Shown here: positions 1-11,849 of the stretch, one piece after another
Numbering within the stretch: the stretch's first letter is position 1
Layout of the letters: every line of letters starts with the position of its first letter
NCBI GenBank assembly: GCA_015680685.1
Contig: MNCI01001065.1
Span: forward strand, 1,500,482-1,564,481
Source: Gnetum montanum
Taxonomy: Eukaryota > Plantae > Gnetophyta
DNA: 64,000 nucleotides
Reading direction: 5' to 3'
The notes under the pieces: model-generated
Databases searched by the model: none
What the model was told of the DNA's origin: nothing
What the model saw: only the letters and a program-made list of their open reading frames with translations
Made by a program: the position numbers and the translations under genes

Positions 1-1996
1 GGGCTTTACATGTATAGACGTCTGCGACCTGTTTTATGACTAGTTGTGAGTCTCCTCTGACCACAAGCCATGTGATGTCTAAAGCCAATGTTGTTGTGAG
101 ACCTCTGAGGAGACCTTCGTACTCTGCTATGTTGTTTGTACAATGAAAGTTGAAACGATAAGCAAAGGGTCAGATCTCCCCAGAGGGATAAGTGATGACA
201 ACGGTTGCACTTCCCCCTCGAGAGGTGGATGCTCCATCAAAGTTTAGAATGGCATCGTAGTCGTTGGGCACTATGTCTATTGCGCTTATATCCTCATTCG
301 GGAATTCTGGCTCTATTATTGCTTGATCGTGCGTTGGTGACGTGGCCATTTGACTTGCTATGGCTTGACCCTTAACCGATGATTACGCTATGTAACGCAG
401 GTCAAACTCTGCTATCATGGCTTTCCAGCAAGCTATCCGACTCATTTCATAAATGTTTCCTGTTATGGCCCTTAGCACATTATCCTTGCAAACTATATTA
501 ACTTGGTTACGGAAGAGGTAATGTCGCCACTTTCTCAAAGAGAAGACCAAAGCTAAACAAGACCTCTCCATGTCATTATACCTTTTCTCGTGAGAAACTA
601 ATGCATGGCTTAAGTAATATACAGGGACTTCGGTTCCGTCATCTCGTTTCTGGCAAAGCATAGACGCGATGGACGAATCCGAAGTAGCGAGGTAGATGTA
701 AAATGGTTTATCGTTTTGAGGTGGATAAACCGTGGGTAACCGCGCAAGTGCCATTTTAATGTCATCGAATGCTTGTTGGCACTACGGAGTCCATTCAAAA
801 AGGACATTTTTGTGTAACAGGTGGTTCATAGGTTTTAGTTTGTCTGTCAATTTTTCTATGAAGCGCCTGATAAACTGTAATCTACCGTGTAGACCTTGAA
901 GTTCTGTAAGGTTGCCTGATGGTTTTAGGTTTGTTATGGCCTTAACCTTATCGGGGTCTACTCGTATCCCTACTTCTGAGGCTATAAATCTAAGCATTTT
1001 GCCTGTGTTGACACCGAAGACACATTTTTTCAGGTTGAGTCTCAATTCATACTTTAAACAACGTTTTAATGCTAAGTCAAGATCTTGTACATGTTGTTCC
1101 TCTATTTTTGATTTAACCACAATGTCATCCACGTAATCGTTAAGCGAGTGTAACATGTAATCACTAAAGATGAATGTCATGGCTCTTTGATACGTGGCCC
1201 CAGCGTTATTGAGACCAAAAGGCATAATTGTGTAGCAAAAGGTTCCCCATGGTGTCATAAAGGTAGTTCAAAGCTGATGCTCCAGGTTAATACGTATCTG
1301 GTTGTATCCCGAGAAGCCATCCATAAAAGATAATAGTGTGTGCCCAGAAGTTGAGTTGAGAAGTTGATCGATGCTGGGTAGAGGAAAATCGTCTTTTATG
1401 GTTGCAACGTTTAAATCCCGAAAGTCAATGCATAAGCAAATGCTTCCGTTCCTTTTTGGAACAATGACCATGTTGGATACCCACTCGGCGTAATCAATAG
1501 CTCGAATGAAGCCAGCCTGATAAAGCTTGGTAATCTCATTGCAAACTGCCAATGCCACCTCGGGTTTAACCTTTCATGCCTTTTGTTTTACCGGTCTCAA
1601 TTGTGGGTCAAGGATGATGTTGTGTTGGACAAGTCGGGGATCTAGCCCAGGCATATCCGTATAGGACCAAGCGAATACTTTCATATTTTTCCTAAGCACA
1701 TTCTCAATGTTTGTGGCTAATTGCGGTTTTAGTAATGTGCTTAATTTTAGTATTTTTATTTCCCCATCGGGCATGGTTATGGGGGTTTCGGCCAACGGGT
1801 CTTTGGTGATGTTTTCAGCTTCTATGTTGAGGGATTTTGTCATGCCTTTGTAGTCATCTATTATTTGCTGTGTTGAGGCGATGACTGCATCTTCCATTGA
1901 TGAACTTAGGTGGATGAGGCTCGTGTTGATGTCCCTTGCAATTTTGCCATATGGTCCATCGATAATTAATGGTTCGGTTAAGCGCTGGTGATCCAT
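1..1996 (-). pseudogene. pol: pol of copy A: RT, RNase H, start of archaeal-type RNase H (premature stops)
   Basis: ORF pieces 1574-2014 (VFAWSYTDMPGLDP), 1268-1558 (CIDFRDLN, SFMDGFSGYNQI), 782-1258 (MPFGL, DYVDD) and 383-754 (YLATSD, YYLSH). Bases 100-250 read LNFDGAS...NNIAEYEGLL. Confidence 0.93.
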
Positions 1997-2115
1997 CAGG
2001 CTTGCTCCTGCCAATAAACAGAGAGCGGAATGAGCTCATCAGTAACGTTCTATGTTTCTTTGGTCATTTTAAATGATGCGTATGTGCATGGTGGATTATC
2101 ATCACATCAGGACGC

Positions 2116-2187
2116 ATGGCAGTTTAAGGCCATACTAGGCCGTAATGGAAGTTTAAGGTCATACTAGGCCGTGATGGCAGCTTACGC
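2116..2187 (-). repeat. ~30-bp tandem repeat (GGCC-N6-GRCC-TTAAACT family) upstream of pol A
   Basis: agtttaaggccatactaggccgt and agtttaaggtcatactaggccgt occur 30 bp apart. Confidence 0.8.
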
Positions 2188-2360
2188 TAGAATGTTCAGC
2201 ATAAACTTATGAAATGAGATCCACGGGGGAACCAGGATGTAATAATTTCTATTTTTTAATATTTTTTAATATTTTTTCTGGGCAAAGTTTAGCGAAAAAT
2301 AAGTAAAAAGGCACAAAATGGCAAAAAGGAGCAATGGCGGCGGCAGAGACGGCGGAGCGC

Positions 2361-2368
2361 TATATAAA
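2361..2368 (+). promoter_or_regulatory. candidate TATA box of the antisense gene in copy A
   Basis: TATATAAA follows a GC-rich patch about 190 nt upstream of ATG 2554; copy D has CATATAAG at a similar place (~48625, minus). Confidence 0.4.
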
Positions 2369-2553
2369 GGGGGGGGTTTCATTTGTTACATTGCATTTCT
2401 GAGCGTAAGTGACTGAGCAAGCATAAGAGTAGACTACGGAACCTAGCATAAGCATAAACTCAAGCCCCAGCGTAGACGCCAGACTCAAACCCCAGAGGAG
2501 ACGCCAGACTTTCAACCCCAGCGTGAGCTATCAATCCCAGCGTAGACACCGAG

Positions 2554-5500
2554 ATGGGCAAGGGCAAGGAGGTGGAAGGGTAGGGGAGGAAGAGTCCTGA
2601 CTTGACCTTCACGGAGGAGAGCGAAGCCATGCTGTAGTGCCTGCTTCGGCCAAGGATTCCATCATGGCCTGGAACATCGCATAGGTAGGCTCTGATCCTA
2701 TTTCTGTTTATTACTTTCATAGTGTAGACGGTCTTGTACACAGTCTCAGCGTATACGCCGAGCGTACACGCCCAGCGTAACAGGTTAGCGTAGAGGGTTT
2801 TTGCATATAAGCTGAGCGTAAATTCATAGCGTAAAGTTGGGTTAGCGTAGACTGTCAGGGGGTAATCGATTTTATCAACATAAACACTTTTTTTTCTACA
2901 TGATTATATTAGCGTAAACCACGGCGTAATAAATTCTCTATGCGCGAATTTTTATCAGCGTAAGTTTTCTGTTCTATCAGCATAAGTTCTATTTTCATTG
3001 TGATGGCGTATACGCTAAGGGTTTCTTCGGCGTATACGCTGAGCGTACATAGCTATTCTTTTAAGTATGATGCAGCATAGGCTTGTTTTTCATGTTTCTG
3101 GCGTAAACTGTTTGCTCAGTGTATAGCGTAGACTATTTACACTGGCCACTTCTGTGGCGTATACGCTGACGGTAAGAGGTTCGAGCGTCAGCGTAAATAG
3201 TTAATTTTCACTGTATACGTTGGGTCAGGCAGTGTATACGCCGGGCGTCAACAGATTTTGACAACGTATACGCTAGGTTTTAACAGCGTATACGCCGAGT
3301 GTAAAAAAATGTGGACAGCGTCTACGCTAGGTTTTGACATCGTATACGCTGAGCATAAACAGTTAGAAAATTTTTCTAAGTATCAGTCTACGCTGCAAAC
3401 CTTGATTTTTTTGCGTTGTTTTGCTGTGTAGCTAATTTTATGTTGGTACTCTGGCTGCTTGCAGGGACAACAAGCCTTTTCTCCTCGTGGTTGAGCTTGT
3501 TTGGGTGTTAACATGGTTTGGCCTCATGGATGCGAATGAGCCTATCCTAGACCTAACCGTGGAACACAACGAGGTTTGGTTCAGAGAAGGTGCACCTGAT
3601 TTCTTGTCCTTCATATTGGACAACTTCGAGGTAGTCATCTGGTCACACCTGAATGAACTGGTGGCGTGGAGCATAGTTGAGGCGATGTTGCCAGGAGCCA
3701 CAGAGGGTGTCGTTGTCTTCATGAAAGACATCGATGAGGGGCCATTTACGAATGAGGACGGTTCTTCCCGCGGGCCTAAGTCCACACGCCCGTTAGCGCT
3801 TGCGTGGGCCCGATTGCCACGAGGGTAGGACTACCTTGATAATACTTTGTTTTTAGTGGCGCGCATGCATACGTTATTCTAGAACCCTCCCGACACAGTG
3901 TACCAAGTAGGTAGGTAGGACCATTCAAGTTTATCGCTTCTTTTCGACGTTTGGCATTTGCCTCAGTTTTGATATTCGCTCGTTTATAGGCCAAAAGTTA
4001 ATGCAGACAGAATATGCATCGAAGATGATGGACTTGCCTTAATTCACACCTCTCTAGAGGAATTTATGGCGGGTTCTACCCTTCATAAAACTGTAATAGG
4101 TCTAATGAAGAGGGACATCATCTATTTTCACCAATGATTCTCTAGAGCGTTGGCACTGTGCCAAGCCCGTGGATGGCTGGATAAAGATTGGTCAGATCGG
4201 GGGCCAATTTTCCCTCGTGACTCTGGTCCAGGAAGCACATCCAAGTCTACTACGGGAGGTGAATGACAATGTCTTTTTGATGTGCTAACGTGTTTTAACT
4301 ACCGAAGGTTATACTGATACAACAATCTTATATCGCGCTTGTAGTTGATGCACCTCCTAGCGGGGATCCTATCACAACCGAGCGAATTGAGAAAACATTG
4401 TCAATGAAGTTAGGGGAGGTGACTAAGGCTTAGAAGTGGTTGTGTAACCATGCCTTGCCATCTATTGTTCGCTGCTTGAATAATGCTGACCTTATGGAGC
4501 TCCTCATGACCCCAAGTCTTGATGTATCAATAGGGGAAATGATTGGGATCGTGGATTCTTTTAATGAGTCTATCTCGTACTACAGCACCCGGATTAAGGG
4601 TGTTAAGGTGGTTTTTCATCTGTCACCTAAGTTTTTCTCAAACTTATTCGGGGTACCGGCGGATGGCATAAATGTAGTCTTAGATAGAACTCATAAAGAG
4701 CTCCATATGGTGCATGAGTTGGAGGACTGGTTGGGCCTGGCCAAGGGTGCCAAGGGGTTCCCAATGCAAGGGAAGGCAAAGGTTGAAGAGGTGAATGAAC
4801 TATATCCCCTGTTTAGGGCACGGGTATTTCCCAAAACCCTTTCTCAGGTGAAGAACCTTGGGGTTGAGGCTGTGCGCGTTATGAAAACTATCCTGGAAAC
4901 TGGCATGCGCTATAACTAGGCTAAGTTTCTATTTTTGGGTATGCACAAGGAGATAGTGCGGTTGCGCTCGAATGTCAAGGCGCAATCCCACTTCACCTTC
5001 ACTTTCTTCACCGGTTACCTTCGTCGCTTCACCGCGTTTTTGGTAGTCCAGGCAGGTAACAAGTTTGTTCTATGGGATCAGGGTCAACTATCCCGCCCGT
5101 GGATCAACCACTTGTTCGATACAGCCAAGTCCTAGGATGCGCCTGAAGGCATCGACGAGTCTGTGTTTATTATGACCGGGGGATCATCGGGGACCTCCAT
5201 TCATACTCGCGATAGTTTGGGGTTAGAGCCAAATGATGTACCCCTCACTACAAGAAGAGTTGAGCGGGTGATTAAAGAAACCGTGGGCTAGGCCAAAACG
5301 AGGCTGAAGAGACATGAACGCGCAACTGAGGAAGCTTCGAATGTGAGCGAGCAGTGAGTGAAGTGCATAAGATTCAAGATGCTCGGTATGTAGACTTTTG
5401 CCATCTTATTTTTTTATTATTTTTTTTTTGTCCATAATTTTCCATTCAATCGCTTACATGTCGCTAACGTCTTTGGCTCAATTCGAGAAGTAAGGAAGCA

Positions 5501-7067
5501 AGCACTGGAAACCATTACGGAGGAGGAGGAGACGAATATGGAGAAGAATAATGAAGAGGAAAATGTGGATAAGGATCAGGAAGGAGGGATGGAGGAAGTA
5601 AAGGAAGACACTGGCGAAATTGAACCATTGGATGACTAGGGCGGTGTCGAACAAATGTTCCGCAGCTTTCTTCAGGGGGATCTGGATTTAGGTGATCCTC
5701 CAAAAGGTGACGAAGAGCATGGTATGTCTTCTTTTTATCATATTTCAACTTTCCTTGTTAGTTGTCATTCCTATGGGATTTTATTTTCATGTTTTCATTT
5801 TTCAGACGAAGGCAGCGAGACTAGGACGGTGCGCTTGGATGTACCTATGAAGACGGTTCCCCCTGAGAGGACCGCTGAGGTTAGTTCCCGCACCCGTGAG
5901 CCATTTACTTGGTTTGAAATGCCAAGTAAGATGGATTTTGTGGCCGGAATTGCGGAAGAAGTTGTTGAACGAATTCAGGAGGTCAACCCCGAAATAGGTA
6001 TAATGTTTTTAAATGGCTTGCCGTTTTAGAGTGTCACACCTTGTTTTTGTTGCCTTAACATTTGATCTTTTCGTACGCATAGGTGCCAAGTTAAGGTGGG
6101 ATCTTGCTGAGATGATCAGCATTGACAGTTTGGCTACATTACCCCTAGAAGTGGAATAGGTACCAAGGCCAGTTTACAATGAAGTTGCAGAAAGTCTTGT
6201 CCATAACGCCAAGTCGGTATGGACCTGTAAGCGATCCATCGAACAACTATGGTTGCAGATCCAAACAAAGGAGAAGGAAGTCTCCGAGCTATCAACTGAA
6301 TGCAATGATCTCAAAACTCGTTATGAATTTTCTTTGGCTTGATTAGGAAGTGATAGTTCATGGTGAACGTCCAAAATTACGTACAATAGATATTGGAACT
6401 TGTTAAATCACCATGCATCACTAACTCGGAGGTTCACGGAACGTAAAGCCCAGATAGACCTATTGAATCTAAAGTGCCAGGATTGGAAGGCATTTGCCTC
6501 CAAGGTGCGTAAGTGGGGCCAAGATGAAAAAAATCATAAGCACCATTATAAGAAATCATTAAAAGAAGTTTCAATAGAGAAACGACAACTTGAGATGTTC
6601 GTAGAGGGTTTGGGCTTACGTTCTGCGTTCAATACCTTTGCAGAGAACACCATAGTTGAGATGGAATATCCTAAGAGGGTTATTACCACTGCTTCTGGGG
6701 AAGTTACTGTGGGTGAATTTCCTCCAAAACGTCTAGTCTGGTCAACTATTGATAAGGGAAAGGCCTTGGCAGACGTCAACCTAGGCCTTGGTGAAACAGA
6801 CTGGGCTAGTGTTTCGGAGGAAGAAATCCTTCGTCGATTGGAGTTCGGTTTGGGGAGATCTCCTATGGTAAGTATTTTGTCATTGTGAAACTGATTTGCT
6901 AAAGGATGTTTGAAATTTTTATGCTCTCTTATTCTTACATTGGTTGTCTCATCTTGTATTTTCAAGGTGAAGGCGGCGATGATGCTCAAGAAGCTAACTC
7001 CAGTGGAGCCGGGGCCCCTGACGCTAGTGGATCTATAGGGGACGATCCTCCTATCCCAGATGCTTAG
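2554..7067 (+). pseudogene. antisense multi-exon extra gene of copy A (FCP1/NIF-like + plant transposon protein-like + coiled coil)
   Basis: Coding-like blocks 3465-3910, 3990-4258, 4345-5385, 5806-5997 and 6083-6867 are separated by AT-rich GT..AG segments. Peptides align by eye with copies C and D. The start ATG is tentative. Confidence 0.75.
2740..3395. repeat. dense cluster of AGCGTA/TACGCT (AGCGTATACGCT) motifs
   Basis: Dozens of agcgta, gcgtatacgc and tacgct copies at irregular spacing within putative intron 1 of the antisense gene. Confidence 0.8.
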
Positions 7068-7343
7068 TTTTTTTTTTGTTTTTAGCTTTTAGTTTTATCT
7101 TCGAAACTATGCTGACTCAAATTGATATGGGAATTGTAACTTGAAAACCTTAAGATGAATGGAAACAATTGACACATATAATTGTACAGCATTGCATGTA
7201 TAAATATTTTTTGTTGATTTTGAGTTTGATTGCACACACAACATAGCAATGTAAAATATTTTGGTTTATATATTTTTTTATTTGTTCTAAGTGTAATATG
7301 CAGATGTAATTACAAGAGGAGAAACGAAGCACAAGTGTGTGAT

Positions 7344-7580
7344 CTAGTTTAAGGCCATTTCAGGCCTCTATGCGTAGTTTAACGCCATTTCAGGCCCCAT
7401 TGCAAACAAGTAGTATTTCGTATAACGTGGATGGATTTCTTGGTTGGCCAACCATTTCTGATCGTGGCTAGTTTTATGTCATTGCGAACATGATAGTTTA
7501 ACGTCTTTTCAGACAGGGAGTGTAGTTTAATGTTTTTTTTTTGTTTTTATGTGTTTTGTTTTTGAGTTGTTATAGTTTAA
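7344..7580 (-). repeat. degenerate TAAACTAG-family repeats just downstream of the gag-PR stop of copy A
   Basis: ctagtttaaggccatttcaggcc, tagtttaacgccatttcaggcc and further tagttt(a/t)a units. Confidence 0.75.
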
Positions 7581-7607
7581 CATTGTTTTGGACTAGTTGA
7601 GATGGTA

Positions 7608-10600
7608 TTATTTTAGTAATTTTTTAATTTTCTTCCTTTTAATGTTAGGTGATGTGTCAATGGGTATGATTCTGTATTCAGTGTCCCCTTCGCTGATTAC
7701 GTTAAATGGTAATTCAGCCCAATGGACGTCTGATGGAATGACTTCTGTGTTAGTGTTTTTAGATGTTTCGGCGTTTGTTATGAGTTCTATGTTAGTTTCT
7801 ATTTGAGATGGCGCATGTACAATGTCAGATGCAGGTGTTTCCATTTTAGGTGGATCCTCTTTCGTGTTTAAAGGCTCATTTCTTCCCAATTGTCACGCAT
7901 TTTTATCGTTTTGTTTAGGCTCCTCAAGCTCGACCTCTGAGCCTTGGTCCATGTCTACGTGTGATGAAATGATAGGCGTAGTAGCCTCCCCGTGTATAAT
8001 GATTTCACCACCTTCATAAGGCAGGTGGATCTCTTGGTGTATAGGGGAGGAGACCACTTTTAGTTGGGCCAACCAGGGTCTACCTAGTATTAAGTTGAAT
8101 CCTGGCATTTCATCGACCACTAGGAAATCGGCGGACGTGGGAAATTGATCCCCCACTATGAAGTCTAAGGTCACTGTGCCTTTGACCATCACGCGTGACC
8201 CGCTGAATGATTTTAAACATGTAGTCGCAGTCGGTTTGATTGACTCCATTAGCTCTAGTTGTTCAACGATTGGGTATGGTACCACATTCATAGCGGCTCC
8301 ATCATCTATGTGGATCCTATGTATCTTGAACTGATTCATGCGTATCGTTATGAACATGGGGGCTGTTGTTACCTCCCCTGTTTTCTTTTCCATCTTCATA
8401 TTGTTGTTATGGAAGCTTAATGGTTTAGGAGTTGTCTCGTGAGGCGAGTACATTACCGCGTGAATGGAGGGTTCATTTGGAGGCAAGTCCTCGCTTACTG
8501 GGATCGACATCAACATACGTACCAAAGCTTCATGATGTGTTTTCGATGTTAGAACCAGGTCATACAAGCTTAGTAAAGTGTTCTTTTGTTTCAATGCTTG
8601 GGTGACTTGTGTCAAAGCTGTTGCGAAGTCTCTACTGTTGTGGACATTTTTATCGACGATGACTAGGTCCATTAGGCCCAACAGTTTTATTTCGTGTTTT
8701 GTTGATTGTCATTTTTGCTCAGAGCCATCGTTTTAGATGGCTCATGTTTTTTAGATGATTCACTTTCGTTGCTTGTGTTCGGTGGGTTGTTAGGTGACGA
8801 CATGGATACGGAGTTAAGTGGAGTGGACTTAGGTGGCCCCACAGCTAGCCGTTGGCATTCCTTCTTTACACATTCACATGTGAGCCTATCTGCTAAGCAT
8901 TCTTGTGTGTGGCGTGGAGGTGTGGCTGGTCCTGGAGCCTCGGGTTGCTCGGGGATTCTTACAACATATGGATCCAGGCAGAGTTGCAGTTGGACAATCA
9001 GATGTGATTGGTCAGAAGGCCGGCCAGGTACCCTAATGATGTAGGGGCTAGGTTCACCTTGCATTTGTGAGGTAGAGTCTTGGTAATCATTAGGACTTTC
9101 AGGTATCCTAACGAGATACGGGGTTGGTTTTGGCGAAGGTTGGACCTCCGCTGTTGCGACTGCTAGTGGTACTCGGACTACGAAAGGGGCAGGCTGAGTA
9201 GAAGGGGTTGGTGCATTTGAGGGAATGACGGGAGGGACATGCACCACGTATGGTTGGTCGCATGTCATGGTGTTAGACGTCGTTACAGCTGGAGGCACCT
9301 GAACAACATATGGTCGTTGTGGGGCATGCGGTGGTTGGGGCATGGATGTGGACGCAGGAGCAGGGACGCGAACTATAAATGACCTATTAGATGTTTGTTG
9401 TATACACTCAGGATAGATGGTGTTAATGTTGGGTGTCTCAGAATCATCATCAAGGTAGATTGTATTGATGACGTACGACGCCTCTTTTATGTTTAGAGGG
9501 TCTTTATACACCCCCATAGCTTGATTCTGTGGTTGGATCGGGTTGGCCTCGTCAAAGATGATTTGGCCATCGTCGATCATCCGTTGTATGTCCTGTTTTA
9601 AGGTGAAACAGTAATCCATGTCGTGCCCATTGTGTTGATGATAATCGTAGAAGCGATCCATTATAAAGCCTTTGGGCACTGGAGGCTCATCTGGCATTGC
9701 TAAGCTTGGGTTCTGAATGAGTTGACAGAACTGGTCATGTCTCTAGATGGCCGCAAGGGATAACTATTTATGTTTCATTAACCCAGCTTTCAGGAGTTGA
9801 TCGAAGAGCTGGGATGGCTTCATTGGCAGAGACGTATATTGAGAGGGTTCTTTCCTCTTGAAATTTCGCGTACGATTCGTTGTTGGGTTCTGCGATGATG
9901 ATGATTCCGGCGTGGTTGTGGGGCTAGGTTTATTATAGTTAGTAGGGGCTACAGGAAGCTTATTTTTGTGTGCCATGTTTGCTTGTTGTGCTTCTACTAT
10001 TGCTGCTACAGTTGTTTTAGACCTCTCTTTATCCTTTTTAGTGTGTTGATTTTTAAAGGCTAAGTATGCAGGGTCGTGGCTGTTTTGAGCTACCTCCTCT
10101 ATGTTTTTGATTTGTACAAAAGCTTAGTTAAGGTTATGCATGTTAAGATAGTACAAATTGGATTTAAAAAAGTCATTAACGGTCCCTTTTAGAATAGTAA
10201 GAAGGTACATTTGGAAGATTGGCTCATGTAGCTCGTTGAGAGCAGCGCTCCACCTTTGAATGAATTTCTGCACAGGTTCGAGCGGCGCTTGCTTAACTTG
10301 TATAAGGCTGTCCAATGTTGCCTCAGGTTTCAAGTTATATTTGAACCTGATCATAAACTGGTGTAACAACTCTTCCAAGGAGAATATAGAGTTCCTCGGC
10401 AAGGCTCGGTACCAATTGAGTGCTCTCCCGGCAAGGGACATAGGGAACACTCGCAAGATGGCATGGGGCCATGCCTGGAGTAATGCGCATTCTAACCTAA
10501 ACGTTATGAGATGTGCATTGGGGTCTATCTACCTATTATACTTAGTTAGTGTCAACAATGATATGCCTTTGGGCAAGGTTAGAGGTGGGACGGACGGGCT

Positions 10601-11800
10601 GATGGGGTCATCGTGGTAGAAATCCACTACCTTCAACTCTCCGTTGGTAGCCGTTTTGAGGCGCTTTACCTCGTCAGTAAGTTCTTGCATTAATTTTTTG
10701 GTGTCTGCCCAGTCTTGGGCACTTGGTGACATGGCAGCTTGAGGTTGTGGTATATTGTATAGGTTAGAGTGTGGTATGGTAGGTTGAAAGGTCAAAAGTT
10801 GTGAGGCCAGGTGTTGTGCTTGTGGCACGTTTATAGAGGATGGCATTAGGGATGGCAGGTTATAGGGGAAAGGTTGTTGTTGCTATGCTTGCGACTGTAC
10901 TAGGGGAATGTTGGCTGGTTGAACCATATGGGATGGTATGTTGTAGTGAGGAGGTTGGTGTTGTTGTGGTTGAGTGCCCATCGCTGCCCATTGTCCAGCT
11001 ACGTTTTGTGGAGGGACCCCCTGTTGGGTTACAGCGGTAGAAGGGGCCCCATGCGTTTGGATGTGGGGAATGTAGTGGGTGGACATGGATGCTAGCATCA
11101 CATGTGGCATCCCTATCAATCGAGGCACGAAGGTTGCTCCCATGTTATTGTGTGGGGGTGGTGCTTGCGAGGATGGGCCGGCTGCTCCATCGGGGATGAT
11201 AGCGAGAGGGAGCGTGCTGAATTGCGGGTCAGTCAGAGGTGGAACATGAGCAAATGAGGATGTTTTTGGTGGAGGCATTTGTGCGTGGGTGATTCTGAGG
11301 GGTTGGAGCGGCATGAATTCCCTTGTGTATGGGTGAAAAATGGGGTTTACATGGTTTTGTGGACTGAGGGTGTGATAGGAGTCCTCGTGTTCTTATTGGG
11401 CCGTGAACTCCTCCTCCTCTTCCGGTTGGAGATCTACCACAGGTTGATCCAACGGCTGGCTCCTTTGCAGGAGGAGTCGTGTAACGAGCTCTGAGTACTA
11501 TTCTGGAACAAGGATTATATCGTACGGAGAGGGGATGAACTCGCGTCCCCCCCTGTAGAAGAGTTCGAACTGCCTCTTCACCTCCATTTCGGTTCGATCT
11601 ACTACCAGACCAGCTTGTAGCTTCACACATATGAAATTGTACTGGTCCTGGGTTATAATGTTAGAGGTTGGGTTCCTCCCTTGCAACCTTAGGGACCGGT
11701 GGGGCCCCGCTATGGGTTGTGCCACAGGCTGGCGGATGGCCATGGTGCCCACGACGTCGGTGCCTTGAGCGGTTGCAGCGGTGGTGTTTACAGGGTTCAT
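7608..11800 (-). pseudogene. gag: gag-protease of copy A
   Basis: Capsid-like FPMSLAGRALNWYRALP (10124-10456), Zn-knuckle-like FYDYHQHNGHDMDYC (~9650), aspartic protease HIDDGAAMNV...LILGRPWL (7893-8681); stop at 7608. Confidence 0.9.
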
Positions 11801-11849
11801 GATGATTTGTTGAGGGTGTGACACGGTGCAGGGATGTGAAATTAGTGTA

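Noticed and set aside
2554-7067. Host gene interrupted by retrotransposons
   Set aside because: Homologues sit at the same internal position of four independent insertions, so the gene travels with the element.
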